From: a virus
IMG/VR virus record: IMGVR_UViG_3300031952_000010
Coordinates: 27,512-91,511 of that record
DNA length: 64,000 nt
Strand: one strand, 5' to 3'
In this document: piece by piece, positions 20,689 through 29,196 of the stretch
How the letters are laid out: each line of letters begins with the position of its first letter
Numbering within the stretch: the first letter of the stretch is position 1
The notes under the pieces: generated by a model
Told to the model about the DNA's origin: nothing
Seen by the model: only the letters and a program-made list of their open reading frames with translations
Database searches by the model: none
Made by a program: the position numbers and the translations under genes

Positions 20689-20797
20689 TTAGTGTTTAAC
20701 TAACCTTCGGAGTAGAATCCGAAAGGGATAAACCATCTAAAAGAAAGGGGGGTATTCCAAATCTAGCAAAGAGGTGTCGTAAGACACCTTTTTGTTT

Positions 20798-21289
20798 TTA
20801 CTTAAATGTCAATTTAAATTCTTCCCAAATACCTGTAATAGAGGGATTAATTACTTCAGAAAATAATGAAGGTTCAAAAGGTCTATAAGGTAATCTCAAG
20901 TTGGCTTCTTCAGGAGTTCTATTACCTTTATGTTTATTACAATTAGAACAACAAGTAACTAAATTAGTCCATAGATTATTACCACCACGTGATTTTGGTA
21001 TTACGTGGTCAATAGTTAAATTTTTTTTAACACCACAATATACACACGAATAATTATCTCTCTTAAACAATCTTTGACGATTAATTCTAAGATTTCTTAC
21101 CCTGTATTTAACGTAGTTTAATAAACGAATAATTAACGGTCTAACGTGTGTTTCATATCCTGATAGTATTGGTATCTCAGATGACTTTAAAACCTCTGCC
21201 TTACCTTTACTAACGAGTATAAACCCTCGAATAACTGTAGTTACGTTAATCGGGGTATAATCAGAATTTAAAACTAATACTTTATCCAT
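20798..21289 (-). CDS. HNH endonuclease (McrA-like)
   Basis: VLVLN..Y.PI, RDNYSCVYCG, LTIDHVIPKSRGG, WTNLVTCCSNCNKHKG. Confidence 0.92.
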   Translation of the reverse strand: MDKVLVLNSDYTPINVTTVIRGFILVSKGKAEVLKSSEIPILSGYETHVRPLIIRLLNYVKYRVRNLRINRQRLFKRDNYSCVYCGVKKNLTIDHVIPKSRGGNNLWTNLVTCCSNCNKHKGNRTPEEANLRLPYRPFEPSLFSEVINPSITGIWEEFKLTFK

Positions 21290-21401
21290 AATAACGTAAG
21301 TTTAGTGTATTTTTTCGATAAAACAAAAAAAGGGTACAATTTCTTACACCCTTTTTTATAAGTTTTTATAATTTATGATTTTATTTGTTATAAAGAGGTT
21401 A

Positions 21402-22226
21402 TTAATCTGAAACCGCCCGACCCTTTAAAGATTTCCAATCTTGTTCAGGTCTAACCTCTAAATTAGTTTTCCAAGTTGCTTCAAGAATATTCATTGAGCA
21501 ACCCACTTCATTTGCCATAGTAATCAATGCGTTAATGTCTTTAGGAAAACAAGTTCCTCCAAACCCTAATTTACCATCAGGGCCTGGAACGTGTAAATGA
21601 GAATCCCCAATCCTTCCATCGGAAGCAAACCCATATAATGCTTTATCCCAATTAATCCCAATATTGGTCGCCAATCTATAATATTCGTTCATAAGACCAA
21701 CTTTAGCCGCAAAAAAAGTGTTGTTCATATATTTTACAAACTCAGCGGTTTTTGAATCCATATGAATGATGTGTCTATTCATAAACCTATCATTAAATAA
21801 TACTTCAACTTTTTTAGTCAATTTTTCATCTCCACCAAAAATAATTCTTGCTTGAGTTAACATATCTAATTTTGCAGTTCTCTCAGTTAAGAACTCAGGT
21901 GAGAATATTATGTTATAACTGTATTTCTCAATTAGTTGGTTTGTTGTTCCTGGTAATACAGTTGACTTAATGATGAAAATAGTATCTTCTTTTGGAGAAA
22001 CCGATTCAAAAAAGTTTTCAATGAATGATAAATCTTGAGACCCGTCAGTCGACATTGGGGTTGGTAAACATATAAAAATGAATTCCTGTTCCATCACTTC
22101 ATTCAAAGTATTAGTCGTTTTTAATGGGTTGATATCATAGACTTTAACTTCAGATGTTGGACTAAACGCGAATGCAATAGTTTCTCCAACAAAACCATTA
22201 CCTATAACTCCTACTGTTTTTTTCAT
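21402..22226 (-). CDS. UDP-glucose/GDP-mannose dehydrogenase family protein (short form)
   Basis: GNGFVG, ICLPTP, IKSTVLPGTT, SPEFL, GFGGTCFPKD. Confidence 0.88.
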   Translation of the reverse strand: MKKTVGVIGNGFVGETIAFAFSPTSEVKVYDINPLKTTNTLNEVMEQEFIFICLPTPMSTDGSQDLSFIENFFESVSPKEDTIFIIKSTVLPGTTNQLIEKYSYNIIFSPEFLTERTAKLDMLTQARIIFGGDEKLTKKVEVLFNDRFMNRHIIHMDSKTAEFVKYMNNTFFAAKVGLMNEYYRLATNIGINWDKALYGFASDGRIGDSHLHVPGPDGKLGFGGTCFPKDINALITMANEVGCSMNILEATWKTNLEVRPEQDWKSLKGRAVSD

Positions 22227-22297
22227 ATTTATAATTTAAAAATGATTATATGTATATATAATTATAGTAATAATAGTTAAATGGAAATCAACATAAA

Positions 22298-22984
22298 TTA
22301 CGATTCTTTAGACCACTTTTTGTTGTGTTTAACTTTAGTGAATAAAAATTTATTGGAATAAACATTACCAAAACCTTTTATAGTATTAATAGGTAATCCT
22401 ACTTTCCATGATGAGTAAACTTGGGATAACTGGTCCCTACCACTATGATTTTTAATTTCATTCCACCAAACATCATTAAAGTCATTAACTATCTTATTAT
22501 TTTTTCTAAACATAAATCCTGATTGAAATAACCCAAAATTTTCAGGATACCCTTCATTCCTATATTTTAACATTTGGGTATCAACAACCTCAGGGAGTTC
22601 TAAATTTAGTTTAGAAACTTTCGCACCTTCTTTGTAAATACAATTTCTTTCATCATGTTGGTATAACATAAGGTCTTTATCTGTAAACCCAATTGTTTTA
22701 ATCATTTCATTAACATCCTTAAATTTATAATCAAAACAATGGTCAATCCATATACTAATATCATGTTTAGGTAATACTTTATGAGGATTGGTTTTAAGGT
22801 ACCTGGCTTTAAGTCGAGAATCGAAACTATCGTCAATAAAATCTATATGGTTAACTTCCCATATATCTGATTTGAAATATTTGTTATCTGTGAATAAAAT
22901 ATATCTTACATTTGGGTCATAATTTTTGGGGTTCTTAAACATATCGTATCCCCCAATATTTACACTATAAATTATTATTTTCAT
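22298..22984 (-). CDS. Glycosyltransferase (DUF616/TOD1-MUCI70-like)
   Basis: GGYD, FTDN, K..PH, SIWID, H..RNCIY.E, RDQLS. Confidence 0.8.
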   Translation of the reverse strand: MKIIIYSVNIGGYDMFKNPKNYDPNVRYILFTDNKYFKSDIWEVNHIDFIDDSFDSRLKARYLKTNPHKVLPKHDISIWIDHCFDYKFKDVNEMIKTIGFTDKDLMLYQHDERNCIYKEGAKVSKLNLELPEVVDTQMLKYRNEGYPENFGLFQSGFMFRKNNKIVNDFNDVWWNEIKNHSGRDQLSQVYSSWKVGLPINTIKGFGNVYSNKFLFTKVKHNKKWSKES

Positions 22985-23793
22985 TTATAAGAGTCGTTAA
23001 TTATTTTTATTATGTTTTTAATCGGGTCTGAAAAGGTTGGTTCTATTCTTTTAAAATATTTTGAGTTACTGAATTCATCCCATTGATTTTTCCAATCGGA
23101 TAAATCCCACCCTAATTTATCATTTGGGTTCCTATTTAATGAAGTATGAATCCCATGAACTGGCCTATAGGTTAATTCTTCATTAAAATTAGGGTATTTT
23201 TTACCAATCAATTTATGTAGAAACACCTCATCTAAAGATAAATACCCTTGTTTAATCAAATCAGTAAAATCGGGTATTGGGTAATAGTTCTCGTAAGGGG
23301 TAAAATGTAAACCTGATAATTTTTTTTGATTGGTCTTTTTATCTTTAATTTTTCTCACCATATTTGAATACGGTTGATTATTATTAGACATATTTTGAAT
23401 ATGTATTTCATGAAATTTTGGTTCCATTACTATTATGTCAATATCTGAAATATAAACATATTTTGATTTAACAATTGGTTCCGAATAAAATCTAACCGTA
23501 TTTGGGATGGTTTCATAATATCTACCATCTAAAGTTTTTCCATCAAAATCAACTTCTCTAATTAAAAATCGATTTGGGTACTTTTGTTTTAACATACAGA
23601 TAGAAGTTTGTATTGGTTTGTAGTTGACAATGTCAACCCCAATCTCAACAAAACATTCGTCGTTATAGTATAAGTTTGAAAGTATAAATAAAGGGATAAA
23701 ATCTTTATAAATTCCGTTACAACAAGTGAATACATTAACTATTACATTTTCCATATTATAATAAGTGGGATTTATTATTTTGATTACCACCAC
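22981..23793 (-). CDS. Putative glycosyltransferase
   Basis: YVYISDIDII DxD motif; located in the glycosylation cluster. Confidence 0.5.
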   Translation of the reverse strand: MVVIKIINPTYYNMENVIVNVFTCCNGIYKDFIPLFILSNLYYNDECFVEIGVDIVNYKPIQTSICMLKQKYPNRFLIREVDFDGKTLDGRYYETIPNTVRFYSEPIVKSKYVYISDIDIIVMEPKFHEIHIQNMSNNNQPYSNMVRKIKDKKTNQKKLSGLHFTPYENYYPIPDFTDLIKQGYLSLDEVFLHKLIGKKYPNFNEELTYRPVHGIHTSLNRNPNDKLGWDLSDWKNQWDEFSNSKYFKRIEPTFSDPIKNIIKIINDSYK

Positions 23794-24325
23794 GATACCA
23801 ATGTTGTACGTAGATTCCCTTCATTAATCCAACTTTTAATTTCGCATGAATTGCTTTGATATGTATGTCGTTATCTATTGATAACATTTTATCTTCTTTA
23901 AAACCCCCAAGACGTTCCCAAACAGATTTTTTAATTAAAATAATAACACCGCTAAATAATTGTTTATTTGTAATATCCGTAACTTCGGTACTATATGTTT
24001 CCCACATTTTTTTACCAAATTCTCTGTGGTATGTTTGGTTATCATTTTTTTGGTCAATACCTGGTGCAATTTGATGAGGGCACCCAATCCTATTTGTTAC
24101 ACAAGTGAAAATAGAATATTGTGGATTTTTTTCAATAACCAACTCAATATATTTACCAAAAAAATGAGTAGTATGTACCGCATCACCATCAATAAAACAA
24201 ACCCAATCATTGGTTCTTACTAATGACATAGTTTCGTTATAAGACTTACCAATATTTTTATTGGAGTTCCAAGGTATGGAATGAAAAACTCTTGGTTTTG
24301 GTGGTACGAATGTATTTTCTGTCAT
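23756..24325 (-). CDS. GT-A fold glycosyltransferase
   Basis: IGKSYN, WVCFIDGD, VWERLGGF.E, IDND. Confidence 0.7.
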   Translation of the reverse strand: MTENTFVPPKPRVFHSIPWNSNKNIGKSYNETMSLVRTNDWVCFIDGDAVHTTHFFGKYIELVIEKNPQYSIFTCVTNRIGCPHQIAPGIDQKNDNQTYHREFGKKMWETYSTEVTDITNKQLFSGVIILIKKSVWERLGGFKEDKMLSIDNDIHIKAIHAKLKVGLMKGIYVQHWYRGGNQNNKSHLL

Positions 24326-24393
24326 ATTATCTTATATTACTACAAGTAAATTAAACAATCACTTGTATTTATAAATATAGATACCCCCTGTTT

Positions 24394-25449
24394 ATGAAAT
24401 TAGTAATCGTATCAACGTTTTGGAATTCCGAAAAATTTGTTTCGGATTGTATTAAATCTTTAAAAAACCAATATTACACAAATTTTGTGTCATATATGAT
24501 TGATGATATGTCAACCGACAAATCATACGATGTTGCCAAAAAAGAAATTGGTGATGATGAACGTTTTATTCTTATTAAAAACACTGAAAAAAAATATAAA
24601 ACTAAAAACTTTATAGATGTTATTCGTAATAACGTAAATATTGATTGGGATGATGTCATTATTGAATTGGATGGGGATGACCAATTAAATGATAATTTTG
24701 TGTTAGGTTTAATTAATAAAACTTATACTGACCCTAATATTTGGATTTGTGGTTCTAAATGGAAAGACAAAAAAGGTGGGACTATGAAGTATGGTCGTGC
24801 AAATGCAGATAAACCTAGAAGTACATCTTGGAACTTTTCTCATATGAGAACTTATCGAGCATTTTTATTCAGAATGATAAAAGACGAACATTTAAGGTAT
24901 AACGGGCAATATTTTAAAGCTGCGGTAGATTTAGGTATTGGGATACCTATGTTAGAAATGTCAGGTAATGAACATTATTATTTCTTAGATGAGGTAACCT
25001 ATCTTTACACATGGCACGACCATCAATCTTATTCTAAAAATAGTTCTTTTGGGGATTCTAAATTACAAGGTCTTACCGCAAAACATATATACCAATTACC
25101 TGTTTATAAAAAATTGGTTATTGGTGACAGTGATGTTAAAACGAATGTAGTTGTTGAAAATTCTCCGACTTCTATGGACTTAATAAATAATATATTAACG
25201 GATAAACCGTTTAACCCAAAACCATCATCACTTAATTATGATTTAATTAATCAAATTAAGAATAACAAAAATGTTTATAACCCCAAAGAAAACATTAAAC
25301 CTATTAGAGAGAATACCCCGTTAGATAGGAATAAATTAGTTGAAATTAAAAAAGGTTCAATTGCTGACCAAGCAAAAAGGGCCTTCATAGAAAAACCTAG
25401 TAGACTAAATCAGACACCAAATATTTTTGGTGGTAGAAAAAGAATGTAA
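24394..25449 (+). CDS. Glycosyltransferase family 2
   Basis: IDDMSTDKS, ELDGDD, SHMRTY. Confidence 0.85.
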   Translation: MKLVIVSTFWNSEKFVSDCIKSLKNQYYTNFVSYMIDDMSTDKSYDVAKKEIGDDERFILIKNTEKKYKTKNFIDVIRNNVNIDWDDVIIELDGDDQLNDNFVLGLINKTYTDPNIWICGSKWKDKKGGTMKYGRANADKPRSTSWNFSHMRTYRAFLFRMIKDEHLRYNGQYFKAAVDLGIGIPMLEMSGNEHYYFLDEVTYLYTWHDHQSYSKNSSFGDSKLQGLTAKHIYQLPVYKKLVIGDSDVKTNVVVENSPTSMDLINNILTDKPFNPKPSSLNYDLINQIKNNKNVYNPKENIKPIRENTPLDRNKLVEIKKGSIADQAKRAFIEKPSRLNQTPNIFGGRKRM

Positions 25450-25505
25450 CCCCACTTTGATTATTTCATAATTTATATTATCTTTGTATCATAATTAAAA
25501 AAAAT

Positions 25506-25682
25506 ATGTGGGTAATTGTAAAAATGATGAGAAATCTTAATGGGATTATGATACCTGTTATTATTTTAAATGGACAATCTGAAATTTGGGAATTTAAAAC
25601 TGAATCCGAGGCAAATGAGATGAAAAATATTTTTTCAAAAAATTCTGACTCAGGTTACGAGTACTTAATTAAGAAGATTTAA
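25506..25682 (+). CDS. Small hypothetical protein (58 aa)
   Basis: MWVIVKMMRNLNG...YLIKKI after TATCTTTG; below the ORF-track cutoff. Confidence 0.55.
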   Translation: MWVIVKMMRNLNGIMIPVIILNGQSEIWEFKTESEANEMKNIFSKNSDSGYEYLIKKI

Positions 25683-25687
25683 CTTAC

Positions 25688-25761
25688 GGCTCCGTAGCTC
25701 AATTGGACAGAGCAACACACTTCTAATGTGTAGGTTACTGGTTCGAGTCCAGTCGGGGTCA
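25688..25761 (+). tRNA. tRNA-Arg(UCU)
   Basis: Cloverleaf; ACACA-ctTCTaa-TGTGT; GGTTCGAGTCC. Confidence 0.95.
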
Positions 25762-25775
25762 CTAAAATTTATAAT

Positions 25776-26027
25776 ATGGGAAGTTATGACAATATATTAG
25801 AACAAGAACATAATGAGTTTGTTGAAAGCGACTTGTTTTGTTTTTACGTTCGTGAAAAAATAGAAAACTCACATTTTCATAAATACGATGGAATTGCCCC
25901 TGAGGGATTTATATTAATTCCAGAACAAACCTTAGAAAGATTAAAAGACTTCGAAACTTGGAAGGAATGGAAGAATAATCCATCTATTTTGAAAGAAATG
26001 ATGATTTATGACCTAAAAAATGAATAA
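25776..26027 (+). CDS. Hypothetical protein
   Basis: 83-aa ORF. Confidence 0.6.
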   Translation: MGSYDNILEQEHNEFVESDLFCFYVREKIENSHFHKYDGIAPEGFILIPEQTLERLKDFETWKEWKNNPSILKEMMIYDLKNE

Positions 26028-26066
26028 TTGTTTTGTGGATTAGAATATAATTAGTATATTTGTGGT

Positions 26067-26783
26067 ATGAAATATTCAGCACTTAAAGACATCGTTTATA
26101 TTGGTTTGATGGTTTTAGCTATCGGAGGAACCAACGAGTATTTGGACAAATACGACTACAGTTATGACAAAGTAATGGCGTCTATCGGGTCTGAAGCAAA
26201 AAGACTTGATAAAGTTTACGGTTATGACAAGAACTACTCAAAAGAAGATGTTGTTGAGGTAACTCCTGACGTAGAACAACCATCTTCAACTGAAGTTACT
26301 TCTGACCAAGTAATCTACATCCACGGTTTTGGTAACTACACTCAAAGTGACCTTTATACAATAAAAGAAGGTGTTGAAAACTTCTACGGTATCCGTTGTG
26401 TAATTTCTGAAAGTGTTGAGTCTGATGATTTCTACTATAACAATAACACTAACGTATTGTTAGCTTACAAAGTATTGTCATTATCTGTTGGTAAATCAAA
26501 CATGAATATGTACGTAACTGACGAACCATTATGTGAAGAAAATTCTAATAATTTAATCAGTGGTCACGCAAGAATTAATTGTGATGGTTCTGTTATCAGT
26601 ACTAAAGAAATGAGAAATAACAACCACTACAATAATAATAGTTTAGTTCACACTGCGGTACACGAGTTAGGTCATAACTTTGGGTTGTCTCACTGTAATA
26701 ACCAATCTTGTATCATGAAATCTCACGGTTTAGATACTAAAGAGTTCTGTGATGAGTGTAAATCAAAAATTAACAAACATTAA
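26067..26783 (+). CDS. Archaemetzincin-like zinc metallopeptidase with N-terminal membrane anchor
   Basis: HELGHNFGLSHC...CIM...FCDEC. Confidence 0.85.
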   Translation: MKYSALKDIVYIGLMVLAIGGTNEYLDKYDYSYDKVMASIGSEAKRLDKVYGYDKNYSKEDVVEVTPDVEQPSSTEVTSDQVIYIHGFGNYTQSDLYTIKEGVENFYGIRCVISESVESDDFYYNNNTNVLLAYKVLSLSVGKSNMNMYVTDEPLCEENSNNLISGHARINCDGSVISTKEMRNNNHYNNNSLVHTAVHELGHNFGLSHCNNQSCIMKSHGLDTKEFCDECKSKINKH

Positions 26784-26794
26784 AATAAATAGAT

Positions 26795-27058
26795 ATGCCT
26801 GATTTTAGTGCAGAAATTGACATCGAACCATATGAATATGTTTCGGCGTGTAGTAAACGTGAAATAGTAGAACTTCTTGAGTCTTTAGTTGAGGAGGGTT
26901 ACATTAGTAGAAGTGCAATCTCAGCAATTGATGCTGATAGGGATAAGAACCTTTTAGATGAAGAATGGGATGTGATAACTGATAAGTTGAATCAAAATCG
27001 ACTTATGTTATCTAATGAAGAAGAAGAACTAATTAGGAAAATATCAAAAAGATTTTAA
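26795..27058 (+). CDS. Hypothetical protein
   Basis: 87-aa ORF. Confidence 0.6.
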   Translation: MPDFSAEIDIEPYEYVSACSKREIVELLESLVEEGYISRSAISAIDADRDKNLLDEEWDVITDKLNQNRLMLSNEEEELIRKISKRF

Positions 27059-27063
27059 AAAAG

Positions 27064-27094
27064 TTTGACAATTGCAGAATTTTTCATAACTTTG
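27064..27094 (+). promoter_or_regulatory. Bacteroidota housekeeping-sigma promoter for leader 1 and tRNA operon 1
   Basis: TTTG (-33) ... TAACTTTG (-7). Confidence 0.75.
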
Positions 27095-27140
27095 TAATAA
27101 TTATAGAAACAGGTAGAAATACCACAACAAAAAAAAAACA

Positions 27141-27260
27141 ATGAAAACTAATAAACAACATATGGTCATTAACGTGAAATCGCAATTTAGTAATTGCTGG
27201 TATCCGCGTATTTCGCATACAAGTTCAGTTAGTTTATTAAGTGATATAATTTTTGAATAA
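27141..27260 (+). promoter_or_regulatory. Attenuator leader peptide of tRNA operon 1 (39 aa)
   Basis: MKTNKQHMVINVKSQFSNCWYPRISHTSSVSLLSDIIFE; A-rich initiation context; codons 12-26 match all 14 downstream tRNAs. Confidence 0.85.
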
Positions 27261-27285
27261 AAGATTAATCACACAAGATAACACG

Positions 27286-27320
27286 AATCCTGAACTCAAA
27301 AAGTTCAGGATTTTTTTTTT
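27286..27320 (+). terminator. Attenuator terminator of tRNA operon 1
   Basis: AATCCTGAACT-caaaa-AGTTCAGGATT plus T run; competing AGTTCAG at 27222-27228. Confidence 0.9.
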
Positions 27321-27330
27321 GTTATAAAGT

Positions 27331-27342
27331 GTTCTTTGACAT
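27331..27342 (+). promoter_or_regulatory. rrn-type boxA antitermination element
   Basis: GTTCTTTGACAT just before the first tRNA; recurs ahead of other RNA genes. Confidence 0.7.
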
Positions 27343-27358
27343 ATTGGTAAAAAGTAAA

Positions 27359-27430
27359 CGGGGTGTAGTCTCGAGGAGAGACGCGTGTTTTGGGAACACG
27401 AGGCGGCAGGTTCGACTCCTGTCACCCCGA
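27359..27430 (+). tRNA. tRNA-Pro(UGG)
   Basis: CGGGGTG/CACCCCG; CGTGT-ttTGGga-ACACG. Confidence 0.92.
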
Positions 27431-27436
27431 CTACAT

Positions 27437-27510
27437 TGTCACATAGCTCAGTTGGTTAGAGCGTTCGCCTGATACGCGAAAGGTCGATGGTTCGAGCCCA
27501 TCTGTGACAA
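27437..27510 (+). tRNA. tRNA-Ile(GAU)
   Basis: TTCGC-ctGATac-GCGAA. Confidence 0.95.
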
Positions 27511-27516
27511 CTTAAT

Positions 27517-27590
27517 GACTTCGTAGCTCAGTTGGCTAGAGCACCTCACTTTTAATGAGGGAGTCCCGAGTTCGAGTCTCGGCGGGGTCA
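27517..27590 (+). tRNA. tRNA-Lys(UUU)
   Basis: CCTCA-ctTTTaa-TGAGG. Confidence 0.95.
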
Positions 27591-27596
27591 CAATAA

Positions 27597-27668
27597 GGTC
27601 GGTTGGCCGAGTGGTTTAGGCGATAGTCTGCAAAACTATCAACACAGGTTCGACTCCTGTACCGACCT
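27597..27668 (+). tRNA. tRNA-Cys(GCA)
   Basis: ATAGT-ctGCAaa-ACTAT; U73 discriminator. Confidence 0.95.
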
Positions 27669-27673
27669 CAAAT

Positions 27674-27746
27674 ACGTCTGTAGCTCAGTTGGTAGAGCAT
27701 TGGTCTCCAAAACCAAGTGTCGGTGGTTCGAATCCATCCAGGCGTG
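27674..27746 (+). tRNA. tRNA-Trp(CCA)
   Basis: TTGGT-ctCCAaa-ACCAA. Confidence 0.95.
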
Positions 27747-27753
27747 CTAAAAT

Positions 27754-27839
27754 TGACGGGTTCGCGTAGTTGGCCGAACGCACCAGACTGTTAATCTGGC
27801 GAGACTTCTCCACCGTGGGTTCGAATCCCACCCCGTCAG
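27754..27839 (+). tRNA. tRNA-Asn(GUU) with a long variable arm
   Basis: TGACGGG/CCCGTCA; CCAGA-ctGTTaa-TCTGG; extra GAGActTCTC arm. Confidence 0.88.
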
Positions 27840-27888
27840 CAAACATTTACGAACTTTCTAATATTTATTAATATAAAATGTTAATATT

Positions 27889-28446
27889 ATGGAAAGGTAT
27901 TCGGAAAAAATAATTACCTTAAGGAAAGAAGGTAAAACCTATAAAGAAATTAAAAACATTATAGGGTGTGCAATGTCAACAATATCGTATCATTGTACAT
28001 TAAATGGTTTAGGGGATAATAACCAAAAGGTAACTGAGAACGAAATCATCGAACTTCAAAAAATGTATGACGAATTTGGTTCACTTAAAAAAGTTGCTAA
28101 AATAACGGGAAGGGCTTTTGATACCGTTCAAAAATATGTTAAGACAAAACAAAAAGTTAAAACTGTAACATCTTCTGAATCAGTTATTTTATGGAGAAAA
28201 AGGACTAAAATTAAATTGATTGAATATAAAGGAGGTAAATGTGAAATTTGTGGATATGATAAATGTAATAGAGCCTTACAATTTCATCATAAAAATCCAT
28301 TAGAAAAGGATTTTTCAATATCGGGTAGAAGTTTATCATTTGACAGATTAAAAGACGAGGTTGATAAATGTATGTTAGTTTGTTCTAATTGTCATTGTGA
28401 AATACACGATAATTTAATAACGATAAATAGGTTGATTAGGGAATGA
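27889..28446 (+). CDS. HTH-containing HNH (homing-type) endonuclease inserted in the tRNA operon
   Basis: Two HTH-like segments; KGGKCEICGY, LQFHH, CMLVCSNCHCEIH. Confidence 0.88.
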   Translation: MERYSEKIITLRKEGKTYKEIKNIIGCAMSTISYHCTLNGLGDNNQKVTENEIIELQKMYDEFGSLKKVAKITGRAFDTVQKYVKTKQKVKTVTSSESVILWRKRTKIKLIEYKGGKCEICGYDKCNRALQFHHKNPLEKDFSISGRSLSFDRLKDEVDKCMLVCSNCHCEIHDNLITINRLIRE

Positions 28447-28566
28447 TTGAACTGATAGTTCGAGAGTGAATACTGACTAGTACAATCGGAGTTTGCAGGT
28501 ATTCACCCGAGTAATGCTAATCGTAAAAACAGATGTCCACTGAACCATCTTCTGTTTTCCTAAATT

Positions 28567-28647
28567 GGGAGTATTGAGCAACGGTTGCTCAGCGGTCTGT
28601 AAAACCGTCGCCATTTGGCATTGCAGGTTCGAATCCCGCTACTCCCA
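28567..28647 (+). tRNA. tRNA-Tyr(GUA)
   Basis: GCGGT-ctGTAaa-ACCGT; long variable arm. Confidence 0.93.
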
Positions 28648-28701
28648 CAATAAAAAAAGGGGAATAACTTCCCCTCTTTTCTTTAATTTGGTTGTTATTA
28701 A

Positions 28702-28866
28702 TTATTTTTTTTTAGAAACAATTGACCACACACCACCTGCAAGTGTAACCGCTGCTCCGATAAGTTCTTGTACTGATGAATCAGTTGCAAGACCTTTCAT
28801 AATCAGGATACCACCTACGAAAGTAAGTGTGTGTCTAACGATACCTAGGATTTGTTCTTTAGTCAT
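28702..28866 (-). CDS. Small two-TM holin-like protein (54 aa)
   Basis: MTKEQILGIVRHTLTFVGGILIMKGLATDSSVQELIGAAVTLAGGVWSIVSKKK; below the ORF-track cutoff. Confidence 0.7.
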   Translation of the reverse strand: MTKEQILGIVRHTLTFVGGILIMKGLATDSSVQELIGAAVTLAGGVWSIVSKKK

Positions 28867-28922
28867 TTTAATGTTGATTAAAGGTTTATGCCAGTCTATA
28901 AGTATCGGAGAAATAGGTAAAC

Positions 28923-28993
28923 TGTCCTTTGGTCTAATGGCAGGACACGTGGTTTTGGTCCACGCGGTGGAGGTTCGAATCCTTCAGGGACAA
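28923..28993 (+). tRNA. tRNA-Gln(UUG)
   Basis: CGTGG-ttTTGgt-CCACG. Confidence 0.95.
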
Positions 28994-29045
28994 CAAGGGG
29001 TTCGGGGGAAACCCAATAGTGGGTGATGAGCCCACATCCTCCAAA

Positions 29046-29116
29046 TACCGAATGGTCTGGTGACCGAAAATGGCTCATATCCGTTTTTAGAGTGGTTCGA
29101 AACCATTATTCGGTAC
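29046..29116 (+). ncRNA. Non-canonical tRNA-like element (CAU anticodon, minimal D arm)
   Basis: TACCGAAT/ATTCGGTA; GGTC-tggt-GACC; ctCATat loop; GGTTCGAAACC. Confidence 0.55.
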
Positions 29117-29123
29117 TTTAAAC

Positions 29124-29196
29124 AGTTCCTTAGCTCAGTTGGGAGAGCGCTTGTTTTACATGCAAGATGTCGTAGGTTCGAATCCTACAGGAACTA
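29124..29196 (+). tRNA. tRNA-Val(UAC)
   Basis: CTTGT-ttTACat-GCAAG. Confidence 0.95.
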
